DNA of 64,000 nucleotides from Diplonema japonicum. Lineage: Eukaryota; Protista; Euglenozoa: Diplonemea. A program made the translations under genes and the position numbers. Location: assembly GCA_964019335.1 (NCBI GenBank), contig OZ025715.1, forward strand, positions 372,001 to 436,000, read 5' to 3'. Under the pieces are notes generated by a model. The model saw nothing but the letters and a program-made list of their open reading frames with translations, ran no database searches and was not told the DNA's origin. Below, in pieces: positions 11,461 through 24,844 of the stretch (positions are counted from its first letter, which is position 1; each line of letters begins with the position of its first letter).

Positions 11461-11890
11461 AGTCACATAGAGGTTTTTACCTCTGCATATCAGTGGGTTA
11501 AAACGGAAAGAATAAGAAAAAGGAATTTTAAACAAAAAGGGGGGGGGGGGGGGAAGAAACAGTTTGGCTGTTTTTTTTTATATTTTATATTCTCGTTTTA
11601 TTTTTTGGAATACTTTCGAGGGGAAAAAAAAAAAGAAGAAAAAAATCCGGTCGGAAGTCCCGTTCTTGGAGCGTTTCACGTACTCTCGGAACCCCCTGTT
11701 GCTTCTTCTGAGGTCGGTGATCAGATCGATCATCCGATATATGCGGTCTCTCACATGCCGTTGGCGGAGAAATTTAACTTCTTCTGATTATTAGCCTGCA
11801 GCTGCGTCCAGAAAAGAAAAAGAAAAAAAGAAAAATAGGACACGAAAAACAAACACACAGGTAATGATGCGAAGAAAGCACACATTGTAA

Positions 11891-14800
11891 ATGCAGCCGA
11901 AACAGGAAGGAGATGTCACGGCAGGGCAGTCAGATGAGGCGGCAAAGGAGACAACTGACAATGAAAAGACTAAGGTAGAGGCACCGTACATTGCGGCCAA
12001 GTGGATGGAGATGCCTATATCAGAGGTGTTGGTGAGGCCGATGGTGCCGCAGCAGTCTCCTATACCCGAGAGCCAGCTGCCTATGGAACCGTGCAATTTA
12101 GAGAATATCATAATAGAATTAGAACGGAGGTTGATAGTGTCCTGTGAGGCACAAGAGGCTGCGCCTCAGGAAGCCGAGGGCGATTCTCCCAAGGCACAGC
12201 CGCAAGAGGAAAGCGACATCGAAGAGGACCCTTCTGCTGCCCAGCACCGAGTTGATGAGTACACTGTGCTGCCTGAAAAGGTCGCCGTTCTTAAGGCACC
12301 TGATCTTGAGGCACCCATGATAGGATGGATCATGAACGGCACACCTGCCATGGTCGATTCCCTCTGTCAAGCACCCCCCGGCATCTGGGCGCGCATTGTT
12401 TCCAGCAAGCACCATACCGTCAAAGGCTGGGCCCTCATCAGCCACCACCACGGCACCAACATCCAGCTTGTCCGCACAATCGACTGCAAGACAAATGAAT
12501 CCTCCCGCGAGCCCGAGGAGGAAGAGGTACTCCAAAACTTCATCAAGTCCAACTCCCTCAACACTGTGGTCTCGTCGGCACTGCTCGAGCTCATCCCTGA
12601 CATGCGGACCGAGGTGATGAAAGCATGCTCCGACTTCGAGGCTTGGGAGAACCGGAATGCTTTGATCATGCACCGTGTACGCGTTGCCAACAATGAAGAG
12701 GTTGACGAGCAGCAAGCGAGGAAACTCATCAGCGAAGCAAAGGACGAGAGCGACGACGACGGCCCGAAGCTGGCCCTGCCTGCAACAGGGTTTGCAAAGG
12801 CCATCTCGTCCTTCAACAACAAAGTGGCCACTTACCTCCAAGACAACGACAGACAAAGTTTGAAGCTGCTCTGCAAAAGCACATTGGTGACCCTCGTGAG
12901 GAAGCTGATCACCGAACAGGTGGATGTGGAACCTGAGCTTGGTAAACAAGCAGAAGAATGCAAGACGCAGCTCATAGAGAAGGGCCTCTCCACAAAGACT
13001 GAGGCCGCCGCCTTGACCCTCCAACATCGACTCCACGCTTTGTGTCTGTGGCTCATCACAGCGCAAGCAGAAGATGCGGACCTCCACAGGCAGATGACGC
13101 CCATCATGCGTGACTGGTCGAAACAGTCCCGACGGGGCAAGAGGGACAAATCGACAACGACGTGTGAGATCTGCAATTCGGGTCTGCAGCCGGCCATCAA
13201 GGAGGCACACATGGCAGCGTGCAAAGAAGAGAACGCTGCGAAAAAACGAAAAAGATATTTCTACAACAACGAGAGAGCCGAGCGGTTGGCCCAGCTTGAG
13301 AAACTACAGCTGAAAGCAGGCCTGCCCGCAACCACAGAGGCACCCTTCTCAACGTTTGACGGAATGTGGGACACAGTCTTTTCAAACGGGACGCGCATGT
13401 ACTCATCATGGAACATCCTGCGGCCGGTCATCACTTTCCGGCACAGAGAGGTGCTCACTGCATACACCATCTCAGAAGTCATGTGGGAGGGGAGTGTAGG
13501 GTTATCATTCAAGCTTTCTATTGCGAGCCCCCCTGAGTCATGGAGCACGACTTATCACATCGCACTCATCCCTCACCCGAACTGTCTGGACACCCTGATC
13601 GGCAGGCAGTACGAGTCAGACATCAAGGAGGAACGCAGCTTTAAGCTGGTACGTTCGAAGAAGAAACCTCACCGGCCACCCGAGCAAGAAGCTATGCTTG
13701 CGAAGAACGTAGAAGGCGAGGTGGGTATTGAGTGCCTTGGGACTTACATCACAGAGGTGCATGAGAGGAGCCCCGCCGACCAGGCTGGCATTACACCAGG
13801 CTGCCGTGTGTTGGCTATCGATAGGTGCCCTGTAAGCAACAACGACAGCGTTGCAGAGATTGTGAAGCAAGCGAGTAGCATCCTCCGCCTCACTTACAGT
13901 GCTAAGCCTATGAGGAGGAGGAAGACGCCATCTCCACCGCCGCGGCCCCTTGAAACTACTCCACCCCCCGACCCTCCTGCTGCGCCCGAGGGGAAAAGCA
14001 AATCGCATTCCCCCGTTGCTAAGCAACCCTCCTCTAGGAGGCAGTCTCCTGATGCACGACCGCAAACCCCTCAGAAGCCGCCCGCTAAAGTAGCGAAGTC
14101 GCCCCCGCCCAAGAAGGGGAAGTCACCGAAGCCCAAAAGCAAGATATCCCACGCAGAGGCGAGGAAAGAAACGAAGCCGGAAAGGCCGTCGTCAAAGAGC
14201 TTGTCGCCCCTCAGAACCCCGAATGAAGTGGAGGTGGAGTGCGAGTGGGGTAAGGAAGCTGCAGACATGGAGGTGCTGCAGGATACAGCGGCGGTGGTGG
14301 CTGAGGCGATAGCGGCGGAGTGCTCGTGGTCGCTGGAAGCAATCCACAACGTGTTGGAGTCCCTGCGTGTGGTTTCCAAAAACACAGCAGTTATAGCAAC
14401 GCAGCTGTCGCCGGAGTTAGAGGTTTTGCAAGGTACGTGGACAACACCCTCCGGCAGCGCAGTTATCACGGGGAAGAGAATCACTGTTATCACAAAAAAC
14501 ATGCAAGTATGGGGAATGCTGCAGACAGGTAGCAAAATCACGTACCGTGGAGCGGCCTTCTCACAAGTGACAACGTGCAGCCTCCAGCACGGCGATGACA
14601 AGTGGCACAGAGACAACGCAGTGTTCACGAACGACAAGCACCCATTGAATGGATACGAAGTGAACGTGATAGAGTACAACAGCACAGAAGGAAAGGCACT
14701 AATAAGCAAAGACGGTTCTGACAAAGAAGAGGTGGACAGCTCGTGCTTGGTACCCTCTATCAAGGGGGTACGGGTCGGAGACCACGTGGCACTACCCGAC

Positions 14801-17800
14801 AAGACAGCAGGGGAAGTGGTCAACATCACCAGCGAAACTGCCGTCATCGCAAAGCAGAACGGCGACAATGTGCAGCAAAAACTGGAAGATCTGAAGAAGC
14901 TGACCGGCCCGCCGCACTGCCCGCTTGCTGCACTGCTTCAAGACGCCCCGTACATCAAGTGCGACCCTTTGACGCACTGCAAAATATGTGGCGTTTTCAC
15001 TGCGGCGACCAGCTGCCACACGTGCAGGAGAAGAAAAAGCCTGCAGGACCTTGGCTACAGAAACTTACAAGCAGAGTGCCGCCAGATGGGAATCAAGCCC
15101 AGGGGGAACACCGACAGTCTGCAAAAGATTATCCTATCAGCATACGTCGATACCATCCACCAGGCTTGCAAAGGTGCTGCAATCGCTGCGTCGATTGTAA
15201 CGCTCTCCGCCACAGCCCTCCATGGGTGTGTCGCAAGCCCGTACACACGGCTTGGCGTTGGGTACAGGATTGACGAGACGCCCAAGCACGCTATGATGCG
15301 GCTTGCCGCAAAACGGCCCGTCACGGTAAAGTCGCTAGGCTTCCTACGAAGCTGTCACGTGTCACACGAGCTCTTCTGCGAGAAGGTTGCGGAGCGTCTT
15401 AAGGAACAGCTCGACAAGTGCTCGAAGAGCACTGACGATGCCAAAGAGCTGGAAGGGAAGTGGTGCTACGGGGACCAGTGGTTCATGATCATCAATGATG
15501 AGAACAAGTTGTATTTCAGCCAGCCGAAGCTGCGGATTTCAGGGTATCTCAAGAAGGCCGACGTGGTGAGGAAGAACGAGAGGCGTTCGAAGCCCGAGGG
15601 GTTCCCTGCTGCATGCTGGTCGCTGAAGCAAGGAACCCCAGGTGACGGTACCAGCCTGTGGCTAGATCAAGAGAACAAAGACACATTAAAGGTTGCATAT
15701 GCCTCGACCACAAGAGGCAGGGCAACTACAACACGCATTGAAGTGACACAGAGAGCCGAGTGCTGTGCACAAAAGCTCCTCAGTTGCGACCTTAAAGTCG
15801 CCATCACCGGTAGAAAACGATCCCGTTCCCCCAACACCTCCTCCTTGCCTGACGCTAAACGAGCTCGTGACAACCCTGTCAAGACAGAACCCAAGCAGGA
15901 GATCAAGGAAGTAACCTTGCTGAAGGACATCAAGGCCAATGAAGAGGAACTGCTGAAAGATCTGAAAGAGGAGGCTGACAAAAAGCAAAAAGAAGAACTT
16001 CGCGTCAAACAAGAGAAGGAAGAGGAGGAAGCACGATGGGAGAGGGAAAAGAAAGAAAAAGAACGGAAGGAAAAGGAAAGGCTCGAAAAGGAACGGAAAG
16101 AAAAAAAGGAAAAAGAGCGGCTCGAAAAGGAACGAAAGGAAAAAGAGCGGGAGAGAAAGGAAAAAGAGAAGTTGGAAAGGGAAAAGAAGGAACGGGAAAA
16201 GAGGGAGAAGGAAAGGGAAAGGAAGGAGAAGGAGGAGCTTGCGAAGAAGGAAAAAGAAGAAGCCGAGAAAAGGGAGAGAGAAACGGCAGCAAAGCGAGAA
16301 AAGGCCAAAGAAGAGGAAGCTGCGTTGAGAGCCATGCGTGCACAAAAATGGAGCAAAGCGACCCGTGCAAGAGAAGAAAACCAAGCAAGAATCAAAGCTC
16401 AAGAACATGTTCAGCAGGTTCGGGACCAATTTGAGTCAGAGAGAAAGGGAAGGGAGGCCGTAGCCGTCGCAGAGTACATCGATTTCGCATCGATAAATGC
16501 AGTGGTTTGTGTCGACCGGACGGTGCTTGGCCACAGTATCCTCTACAACAGTATTGTAGTTGACGAGAGCAAATGCTGGGGGGAGATCATGCAGCTGCGA
16601 AGCAGGCAACTGGCTCAGGTCGTCAAAATGGAGGAACAAACAGCCGCATTGGCGCAGCAGAAACTCATCAAAGCCAAAGAAGAAGAACTCCGTTCCAAAG
16701 AGGAACAGCTTCTCCGCGCGGAAGAGCTCACCAGAGCCGAGCAGGCCAGGGAGAGCGGGAACGGGAGCAGCGCAAGTGCGATTCTTCACGAGAAGTACAG
16801 TGCTTTTTACGACCTGTCAACCTCGCCATCTGTGTTCCCAGACGGGGAGGTGTGGCCTGTGGACAACGGTCCCGACCCACCGGAAGACACAGAAATGCAG
16901 GCGGACTACGGGCTTTGGAATGACAACATTGAGTACCACTCGATCGACCTGGTCCACCTTGGCAGCATTGACTCCAGTGTGCTTAGCGAACTGGACCACG
17001 CTATGGTATAGAGTACAAGAAACAAAAAAAGAAAAAAAAAAAAACTCAGGTGGTCGGTGTACGCCTCTTCCTTCCCCATCGCTGCCCTGCCTTCATCGAG
17101 TGGATCACTATGGTGCTTCAGTGCTGGGGGATCCCTGGAGGCGCCGGCAGCAGGCAAGCTCCCATTGCATGGGTCCTGCGTGGCGAGGCATATCTTAAGA
17201 TGCGGCAGGTATGCCACACCATCTGTTGACAATCGACCACCTCACACAGCCCGCTTGCGCAGTGAAGGATTTCAATAACAGCTTGCTGCTAGACTACCAG
17301 CCGTCCATCGCTACCAGGGCGCGGGCGTACAGGATGCGCGGGTACGCGCACAGGAGGCAAGGCAACTGGGTCAGCGCTTTGAAAGATTTACGAAAGGTAC
17401 TATGGAGAACGAAAAAAGAAAAAAGAAATCTTTTTATCAAACAGGCGCATAGCTTAGAAAGACTGACCCCAAGGTGGCTCGCTTTGTACAAACGTATTAA
17501 AGAAATGGCCTACGAAGAGGGTTACGGCGCTCTTGGCAGCAGCGACGAAGATCCTCTCCTGAAGACGGAAGCGAAGGTTGAGAAGGGTCGGGTGTGTAAA
17601 CAAAAAAAGAAAACGGGGCGGAAAAGGTAATCAATTCACAGTCCTATCGCCGCACAGTGCCGCATGACTCGCCACGTAGAGGGTACACCATGTACGACTC
17701 GGGGAGGAACAGATATGGATCCAGCATGCGGACAGCCCGTCCAAGGGGCTTCAAACGAAGGAGCTCGTCGGGCAGCCGAGAGAGGCGGCGCAGGCGAACC

Positions 17801-17812
17801 GACAAACTGTAG
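11891..17812 (+). CDS. Large multidomain protein (~1900 aa): SH3b-like, SAP-like, UBZ-type C2HC, PDZ, KOW/SH3-like, C4 Zn finger + SAP, K/E-rich helix, Hip/ST13-like TPR, Arg/Ser tail
   Basis: 1706-aa ORF extended in frame by introns 17006-17049, 17209-17249, 17397-17444, 17592-17641. PDZ: GIECLGTYITEVHERSPADQAGITPGCRVLAID. SAP: LQDLGYRNLQAECRQMGIKPRGNTDSLQKII. UBZ: CEIC-x11-H-x3-C. TPR after splicing: WVLRGEAYLKMRQPACAVKDF...RAYRMRGYAHRRQGNWVSALKDLRKAHSLE. Confidence 0.8.
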
Positions 17813-18229
17813 TAAAACAGTAGTAGCAATGTAACTACTGTTTCCCCCCCCCTTTTTTTTTTCCTAGTATTTTTTTTATCCCCTAAACGCCGGTACCCCC
17901 CCATTTTCGTTGTTGCTTTAAATACTCAAAAAAAGGGCAGCATGCAACCATAGGAAGGTGCAAGGAAAGGGTAAACGGTACTAAAATTTTCAATTCCAGG
18001 TGCCAGATTCAGATGAGAACACTTAACTATGTGTGTAAGAGGGGGATTGAAGGTGTACTTTTTATGTCCGATTTTGGGGGGTCTTGTCGTGGGGGGTCCG
18101 TGGAGTTATGGCTGGGCTAAAAAGGGCAGCATTCAGCCCTATTTGGTGCCCTGAACTCTAGGATTGAGGTCAGTCTGGAGACTTTTTGGGGCTGTGGGAT
18201 GAAAAAAGCAACTTGTGAGTTTTTTTTCC

Positions 18230-19445
18230 AGCTGGGGTAGCATGCAAGTGTAAAAAACACGTTTTGCATAAGGGGGTTTTGCAACAGGGGCACCACGTTT
18301 GCACCTTCTTCCCGCACCCAGGAACAGCATAGAGCACCCTCCTCACCTTCGTTCCGTTTATCATGGTCTCGGAGGTGTGATTTAGGGTCAAATCGAGACG
18401 TTTTGGGTATTTCTGAGTGAGGGAATCCTCATTGCTAGCGTGTTTGCGCTTGGGGGTCGGTGACGGTGTTGTCGGGGGGTGTGTGCTATCGGTTTTTGGG
18501 GTATGGGTGAGAAGCTTGCCAACAAGTTCTTCTTTGAAGCTCGGGAAGCCATACATTCCCTGCTCTTCTTCCAGATTATGGAGGGGTTGGCAACACAGCT
18601 TTCCAGGATCCAATAAAAAACGACCATGGTCCACTTCCGGGTTTTCATATGCCGAACTCCAGTCCCCTGGAGCTGGTCTTGCAGGTCAGGGGTCGACAGC
18701 AAACCCTTAAGAGTCGACAGTACGCATGACTAGGTCCTGTGTTGTGGACTTCTTGCTGAAAATGTTGAAATTCGCCAGGTAACAGTTTTATGAGTCGCAT
18801 GTAGCGATTACCTTGATGCCCACCGAGTTGCTTTTTCGTGGTGCCATGACTTTTATTGTTGTCGGGATAACACTGTCGTCAACAGACAACCACTTGCCAG
18901 GGGTCCGCACAGTCCTACACCGGTTGACAATAATATCAAGAAGCCTGCGCATGAGGTGCAGTTTCAGGCCTTCCAAATGTTTTCCAGGTTGTCAAAGGTG
19001 AGGTAGCGCTGTATGTCAACGAATCGGTTTGCTCATTTCTCAAAAGCCGGGATGGTTAAATTAGAATTTGTTGTCCAGTAGCTCTTCATGTTCGGTGCCG
19101 AGCGTAAACCCATTAACAGGACCAACCCAAGCCAAATTTTGTACTCTGGGATGGAAAGATTCAGATTCCGCTGTTTTTTTGAACCGAAACGACCGTTCGT
19201 GGAAGAAACTATGAGCTCAAGTACCGCGTGTGTAAAAAAAAAAGATTAAAAACACCCTCCTCATTGGCCGCTTCACAGAGGTGTCCTAAGCCCACCTTTT
19301 TACGGAAATGATATGTTTCGGGCCTTTGGGAGTATTTCTCCCACCCAAGCATCGTTTCCGGCCCCTCTTTGACCGCCTCATCGTCTTTTTCTTCTTTTTC
19401 TGACCAGTCGGGGGAGACTCACGTTTTCGCTGCTATTTTGACCAT
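18230..19445 (-). mobile_element. Decayed, internally deleted piggyBac-family transposase
   Basis: Minus-strand fragments in the expected order: LLMGLRSAPNMKSYWTT, PGKWLSVDDSVIP...RKSNSVGIKVIATCDS, KTRKWTMVVFYWILESCVAN and a C-terminal Cys-rich domain GCGKKVQTWCPCCKTPLCKTCFLHLH. Several frameshifts; only ~100 nt separate GIK..CDS from the D..Q region. No terminal inverted repeats or TTAA ends identified. Confidence 0.85.
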
Positions 19446-19688
19446 CTGATTTCATTTTAAGCCAACCCTGCCAGTTTCAATTAAAACAAAACTTTTAACG
19501 CAAAATGTAGTTTCAAGACAAAATAAACCGCGCAACAATGCCATATTTTGAAGTCCAGGGGCCGTGTTCAAAAAAAAGTACTTAGCGAAAAAGCAAATTT
19601 TGAAATAAGGACAAAAACGTCCGCGCAGGCGTTTAGGGGTTATTCATATTTTTTCTTTCATTGCAACACACCACAGAGACTAGATGAC

Positions 19689-20221
19689 ATGGCGTTGAAA
19701 GCGTCGATAGGGGGGAAACGTGAAAAGTCGAATGCGGCCAGCACAGGGCCGTCAAGGGGGAGACGGAGTGCCTCGGTTGGGGAACGGAAAGGCAGACGAG
19801 CAAGTGTGGGAAAGAAGAGCACTGCGTTGAACAGTGCGACAAATGCGACACCGAGGAGCAAAATATTGAAGAGGAGCATCTCAGCCCCCTCCACCGCCCA
19901 CGCACAGGGGTCCACCCCATGCGTTCAAAACGGGCTCACGACCCCTAGCAAACGTTGCGGATCGTCATCTGCTTTCGGACGGAGCAGCACCTCACGAGTC
20001 CCTTCCTGCGTGGAGCTATGGGGGCCGCTGTCTGTCAAGCAGCGTGCTGCAGCGGACGTAACGCCTATGCATATGAGGCCAGGTGTGAATGGTTTCTTAG
20101 GGGAAAAAAAAAAAAAGAAGAAAAAAAAGGAATCGCCCACAAAAACAAGCGAAAGGCAGTGCCAAGGTCGGGCAGCCTGTCCAAGGAGCGCCATCAAAAG
20201 ACGGATGATGTATGGATTCGG

Positions 20222-20256
<35 letters not shown>

Positions 20257-20565
20257 AGACTTTCACAACGCCCCAGTCGCGCCCGAGCACAAGGTACTCT
20301 GAGGTCGCTAGTTCGAATTTCACTGCACCATCTATCCCTCCGGATGAGGTGTACAAGGTAGGGTTAAAAAAAAAGAAGGGAGAAAAATATTTTAAAAATA
20401 AAATAATAGTTAGTAGAGGACATGCTGGTGTCGTCAGAGTTCCGTGAGCGTTCAGCCATCGAATGGGGTGCAGCAAACTGTTTGAAAACATGTGTATCTA
20501 GTTTCCGGCTCGGACTGGGCATTAGGAGAAAGCCTAATTTGTCAGCTGCTACGCCACCTCATTAG
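19689..20565 (+). CDS. Hypothetical basic Ser/Arg-rich protein, 4 predicted exons
   Basis: ATG follows a CCACAG acceptor-like site. Predicted introns 20083-20129, 20210-20258, 20358-20409 (last acceptor uncertain) remove poly-A stretches and keep the frame open. No domain recognised. Confidence 0.5.
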
Positions 20566-20896
20566 CGCACCAAGTGCGCAACAAATGAAATCATGTTTGG
20601 CTTTTTTTTTTTAAAGGCTTCATAGGACCGCAGCATGCCCTAGGGACTCTTTTTTTCCATCCGCATATTTTAGAGATGTGAGTCGTAAAGTGTTTCTTTT
20701 TTTTTCCCCCTTTTTTTTTCTCCCCTCCGGCCCGCCCCCTCCCCCACCTTTGTTCTTGTTTGTTCTTCCATATTTTTTTTCTTTGAATTGAACTTTTTTT
20801 TTTTTTGGGAGGGGGAAGCTTTTCCGGCTTTTAGACACAGAAAAAAAAAAGGGGGAATGGCAAAGCATTCTTTTTTTTTTTTTTTTTTTTTTTTTT

Positions 20897-21039
20897 TTGC
20901 AAGACGTCTTTGACTTGTCTAAGTTTCTCCAGATTTCTACTTGGTAACTACAAACAACGGCCAGCTCCCTCTTTTGTCTGTCACAAACCCCCTCCGCCAC
21001 CCCTCCTTTTTTCTTCTTTCCTGGTTGTAACATATAGAT

Positions 21040-21094
<55 letters not shown>

Positions 21095-21330
21095 GAGAAG
21101 TCAAAGCACCCCCTTTTGTTTTTCAGAAAAAAAGAAAAAAAGAATTGAAAAACTTTAAAAAGGGTTTTCTAGCAGTTGAACAGCTTTCTCGTAGAATTTC
21201 TTTTTTTACAGCTGATGCAAAGTAGTTAATGAGAAGGGGGCGTCGCACAAGGACCTCCTTTTACTCATATTTCCTTTGTTCTTTTTGCAATAAGTCCTTG
21301 ACTTGTCCAACACACAAAGGGGATGTTGAC
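20897..21330 (+). repeat. Diverged copies of repeat modules B and C
   Basis: TTGCAAGACGTCTTTGACTTGTCTAA...TTCTCCAG...ACAAACAACGGCCAGCTCCCT (cf. 44731-44846); GAGAAGGGGGCGTCGCACAAGGACCTCCTTTTACTCATAT; TTGCAATAAGTCCTTGACTTGTCCAA...AAAGGGGATGTTG. Confidence 0.65.
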
Positions 21331-21814
21331 TTTTCTTTTTGATTTCTTGACGTAGAACAATGCTAAAGAACGAAAACTAATAGCTTTTTAGTTTTTTTTT
21401 TTTTTCCCCAAGAAAAGGGTCCACTGATACCGGCGCTGACCCCCCAGTTCCTCTTTGCTGTAACATCAACGAACAAGAAAGGAAGAAAAAAAAAAAAAAA
21501 AAAATGAAGAAAGAAAAAAAAAAAAACACAGACGTTTATATTATTATTATTATTTACTTATGGTCGGAGGGGAGAAAAAAAAAAGGGGGGTGAAAAAAAA
21601 AGAAGGAAAAAAAAAAAAAAAAAAAAAAAAAACAGGAGAGGGAAAGTAAAAAGAAAAAAAGAAAGAAACGCCCCCCCCCTTTTTTTCTCTCTTTTTCACA
21701 TTTCTTTTCTTCAAGTTTCACAATACCCATAAACACAAAAACAGAGGCGCAGGGGAGGGGTGAGAAAGGTGAGGGAAAAAGAAGAAGAAAAAAAAAAAAA
21801 AAGAAAAACGAAAA

Positions 21815-24583
21815 ATGTCGGAAGAAAAAAAAGGAAGCAGCTACGAAATGGTTCTGAAGACGTTAAAGCGGATAGACGTCATCAAGGAAGACGCAAAAAC
21901 CAAATGGAAAAACAAGGACGGGACGGACCCCTTGTCCCTCCTAGGGAAAAGGGATGAAACATCACAATTTGTAGGTGTCCAACGATGGAGACAAACAGTG
22001 TTTGAAACAACCGCTGAAGAACGAGAAGAGGAAGAAAACGCCAGGATGACAACAAGGGAAAGGCTTGTTCGAAGCAGGCTGAACTGGAAGGAACAAAAGG
22101 CCGAGGTTCTTGTAAAATACACCACCCAAAAGGACATCCCAGTCCACTCTAAAATTGTCGAGGACGAGATTGAAAAAGAAGCGAAAATCGTAACAGCAGC
22201 CGATAAAGCAATGGCGAAACTCGAAGAACTAGAAGGGAAGACAGATGACGACAAAAGAGACGGCATGTCGTACTTCCAACAAAGCGATTTAATAACCCAT
22301 CTTGAGACCCTAGCATCCGATCTAGAAAGCTCATGGACCCGCGGCGAGAAAGTCAAAGCACTTAGAATCGTGATTCAATCCTGCAAGCTCCTCTCTGTTA
22401 TCAAAGTCCCACAATGCTACCCCTCCCTCTTCGTCCTCACTGCCAAAGTCCTCGATGTTTTCGGCAGCTTAGTCTACGACAGGATCTACACCAACGCCAT
22501 TGAGACTCTTGGCGTTAAGTCGCTTCCTGACGATTACAAACCAGGTGAACTACCTGCTGAGACGAAAGAAATGTGTCGAAATTGGTTTTACAAGATAGCA
22601 TCTATCCGTGAGCTTATCCCTCGTATACTCGTCGAAATGTGTCTGTGGAAGTGTAATAGATTCCTGACATGCGAGAAGAATTTCTTCACCGACTCGTACC
22701 TTAGGTTCGCAAAGCAGATCCGTGGGATTGGAGACCCCCTCCTTGCCATCCACGCCAGGTGGTACCTCTGCCATAAGGGGTACGATTTGGACCTTGATCT
22801 GAAGGGAAGTATAGAAGTGGAATACGCCGAGGTTTGCCTGAACGATTTTTTTTTCTGCAGGCCGCGGTTCGAGAACAACGACCGGCTCACAAAGTTCATC
22901 ACCACGGCGGGGATGACGCAGACGGAGTACGTCGCACTGTTCTCGCCCGTCTTAAGGTGGCTGATCGAGCTTGTCGCGTTCAAAAGACAGTCGCAAGAAC
23001 ACCTCGTCGAGATGATCGGGAAGATGAAAGAGAACGGCGGCTACGCTGTTGTCATGCAGCACCTCATCGGGTCCTTCCACGGGGAGTACATCTGCGGCGA
23101 GCTCCCCGACATCGTCGAGTTCGTTGAAAACACAGAAGACAAAACCTGCACAAAGGGCGAGCTATGGTACGCCTTAGGCACCGCCCTCACAGAGAACCCA
23201 CCACCATCCAAATCGGACAAAGCGAACATCTTAAACCGTGCATGGGAGGCCATGTCGGCATCGGAAGACGTTTCAGATTTCATGAGCTGCGCGGTAGTGT
23301 GGGTGGAGTACGCAGTGCACCATCTGGACAGGAAGGACGTCAACACTTTGCTCAACGACATCAAGGACAAGCTCAGTACGGACAAGGCTTACGAGTCGCA
23401 GCAGAAGGAGCTCAAACAGCTTCTAACGCTCATCATCTACAAGTGGGTGAACCTTAACGTGGTGCTGAACCTCGACTCGTTCCTCCCCCTTCTTGACATG
23501 CTGGAGGGTTCCGTCAAGAAAGAATTCTCGTACCGCATGTTGACTTCATTCTCAGAGTCCAGCTTGCCAACGAACGACGACGTGGTCATAGGCAGCCTGC
23601 TCGACATTGCCAGGTCCCTTCACGACACCTTGACGTCGCTCTCGTCGTCTGATGAGGTCGCGCACATCAGCTCGCTGGTGCTGGGGTTCATGGACAAGGT
23701 GACATACGGCAGGGATTACGAGGCGCAGCTTAACTTCTTTGCCGAGTGCAGGAGGTCGTTCCACAAGCTGCAGGACTGCATCACGGAAACGGTGAACAGC
23801 ACCCTGTGCCTCACCGCCAACATCGCAAAGACGCACCCCATCAAGTCCCACACGAAGAAGATCGCCGTGCTCATCAAATCCTGCCTCACCTTCTGCCATA
23901 TTACGGTATCGTTATTATTTTTTTTCTTTTTTATCCCCCCCTCAAGATTCCTTCCATCCGCAATGCTGTGACGCGTGCGAAGTGTTTCCTGAGCAGCGGA
24001 TACCTGGCGATGTCGCTGGGGTTCCTCGCACAAGGTGAGGTGCTGTTGCATGCGTCGTTCGAGGTTATCAACGATTTCAAAGGCAAAGAGTCAGAAATCA
24101 CAAGCCAAGTACAGAAGGTGCTGCCGTTGGTGATGATGGACGCACAGCTCGCGTCGTGCGCTGATAAAAACGGCCTATGGCTGATCACAGCGGTGTTGGA
24201 TGTCGCGGAGGAGAGGTGTGTGTCGAAAAAAGAAAAGGGGGAGAAAAAAAAAAAAAACTGAAACCACAGGACGTGGGATGAATACAGCAGCACGAAGGGA
24301 ATGATCCTAGTGGAATGCTTCAAGGCAGTGGTGCCCTTGTACCAGCACCGTGTGGCGATTGGTGAGGAGGATGAGGTATCGGTTGAGTTCTGCGATATTG
24401 TGTCGCGTCTGACTGGCGACGTCATGAAGGAGTTGAAGAGGCTGAGCGCGATTCTTGACAACATGAACACAGCACCCACCCAGCACCCTATTCTGAAGTC
24501 ACGCATCGCGAGGCTCGCGCTTGGGCTGTTCACCACTATTGCGGCAAACTGCGTGGTATGGTGTTTGTTATTCATCCCAGCAT

Positions 24584-24619
<36 letters not shown>

Positions 24620-24811
24620 AGATATATGATAAGACTGCCGTTCTTCTGAAGAAGCTGTGGGAGGTGTTTGCCTCATCCGTCTCCGAGTTTATCGCTGTCA
24701 GCGAGGACAAGGTTGGTGCCGACATAGCCATGCACGATATCGCAGCCACTGCTAGGCTCACCCTGCAACATTTCATGGTATGAAAGAATGAAAGAAAGAA
24801 GAAAGAGAGGG

Positions 24812-24844
<33 letters not shown>

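Noticed and set aside
18000-19620. Terminal inverted repeats and TTAA target-site duplication for the piggyBac relic
   Set aside because: TTAA sites exist (~18023, 19457, 19481, 19495), but I found no matching inverted repeat pair.
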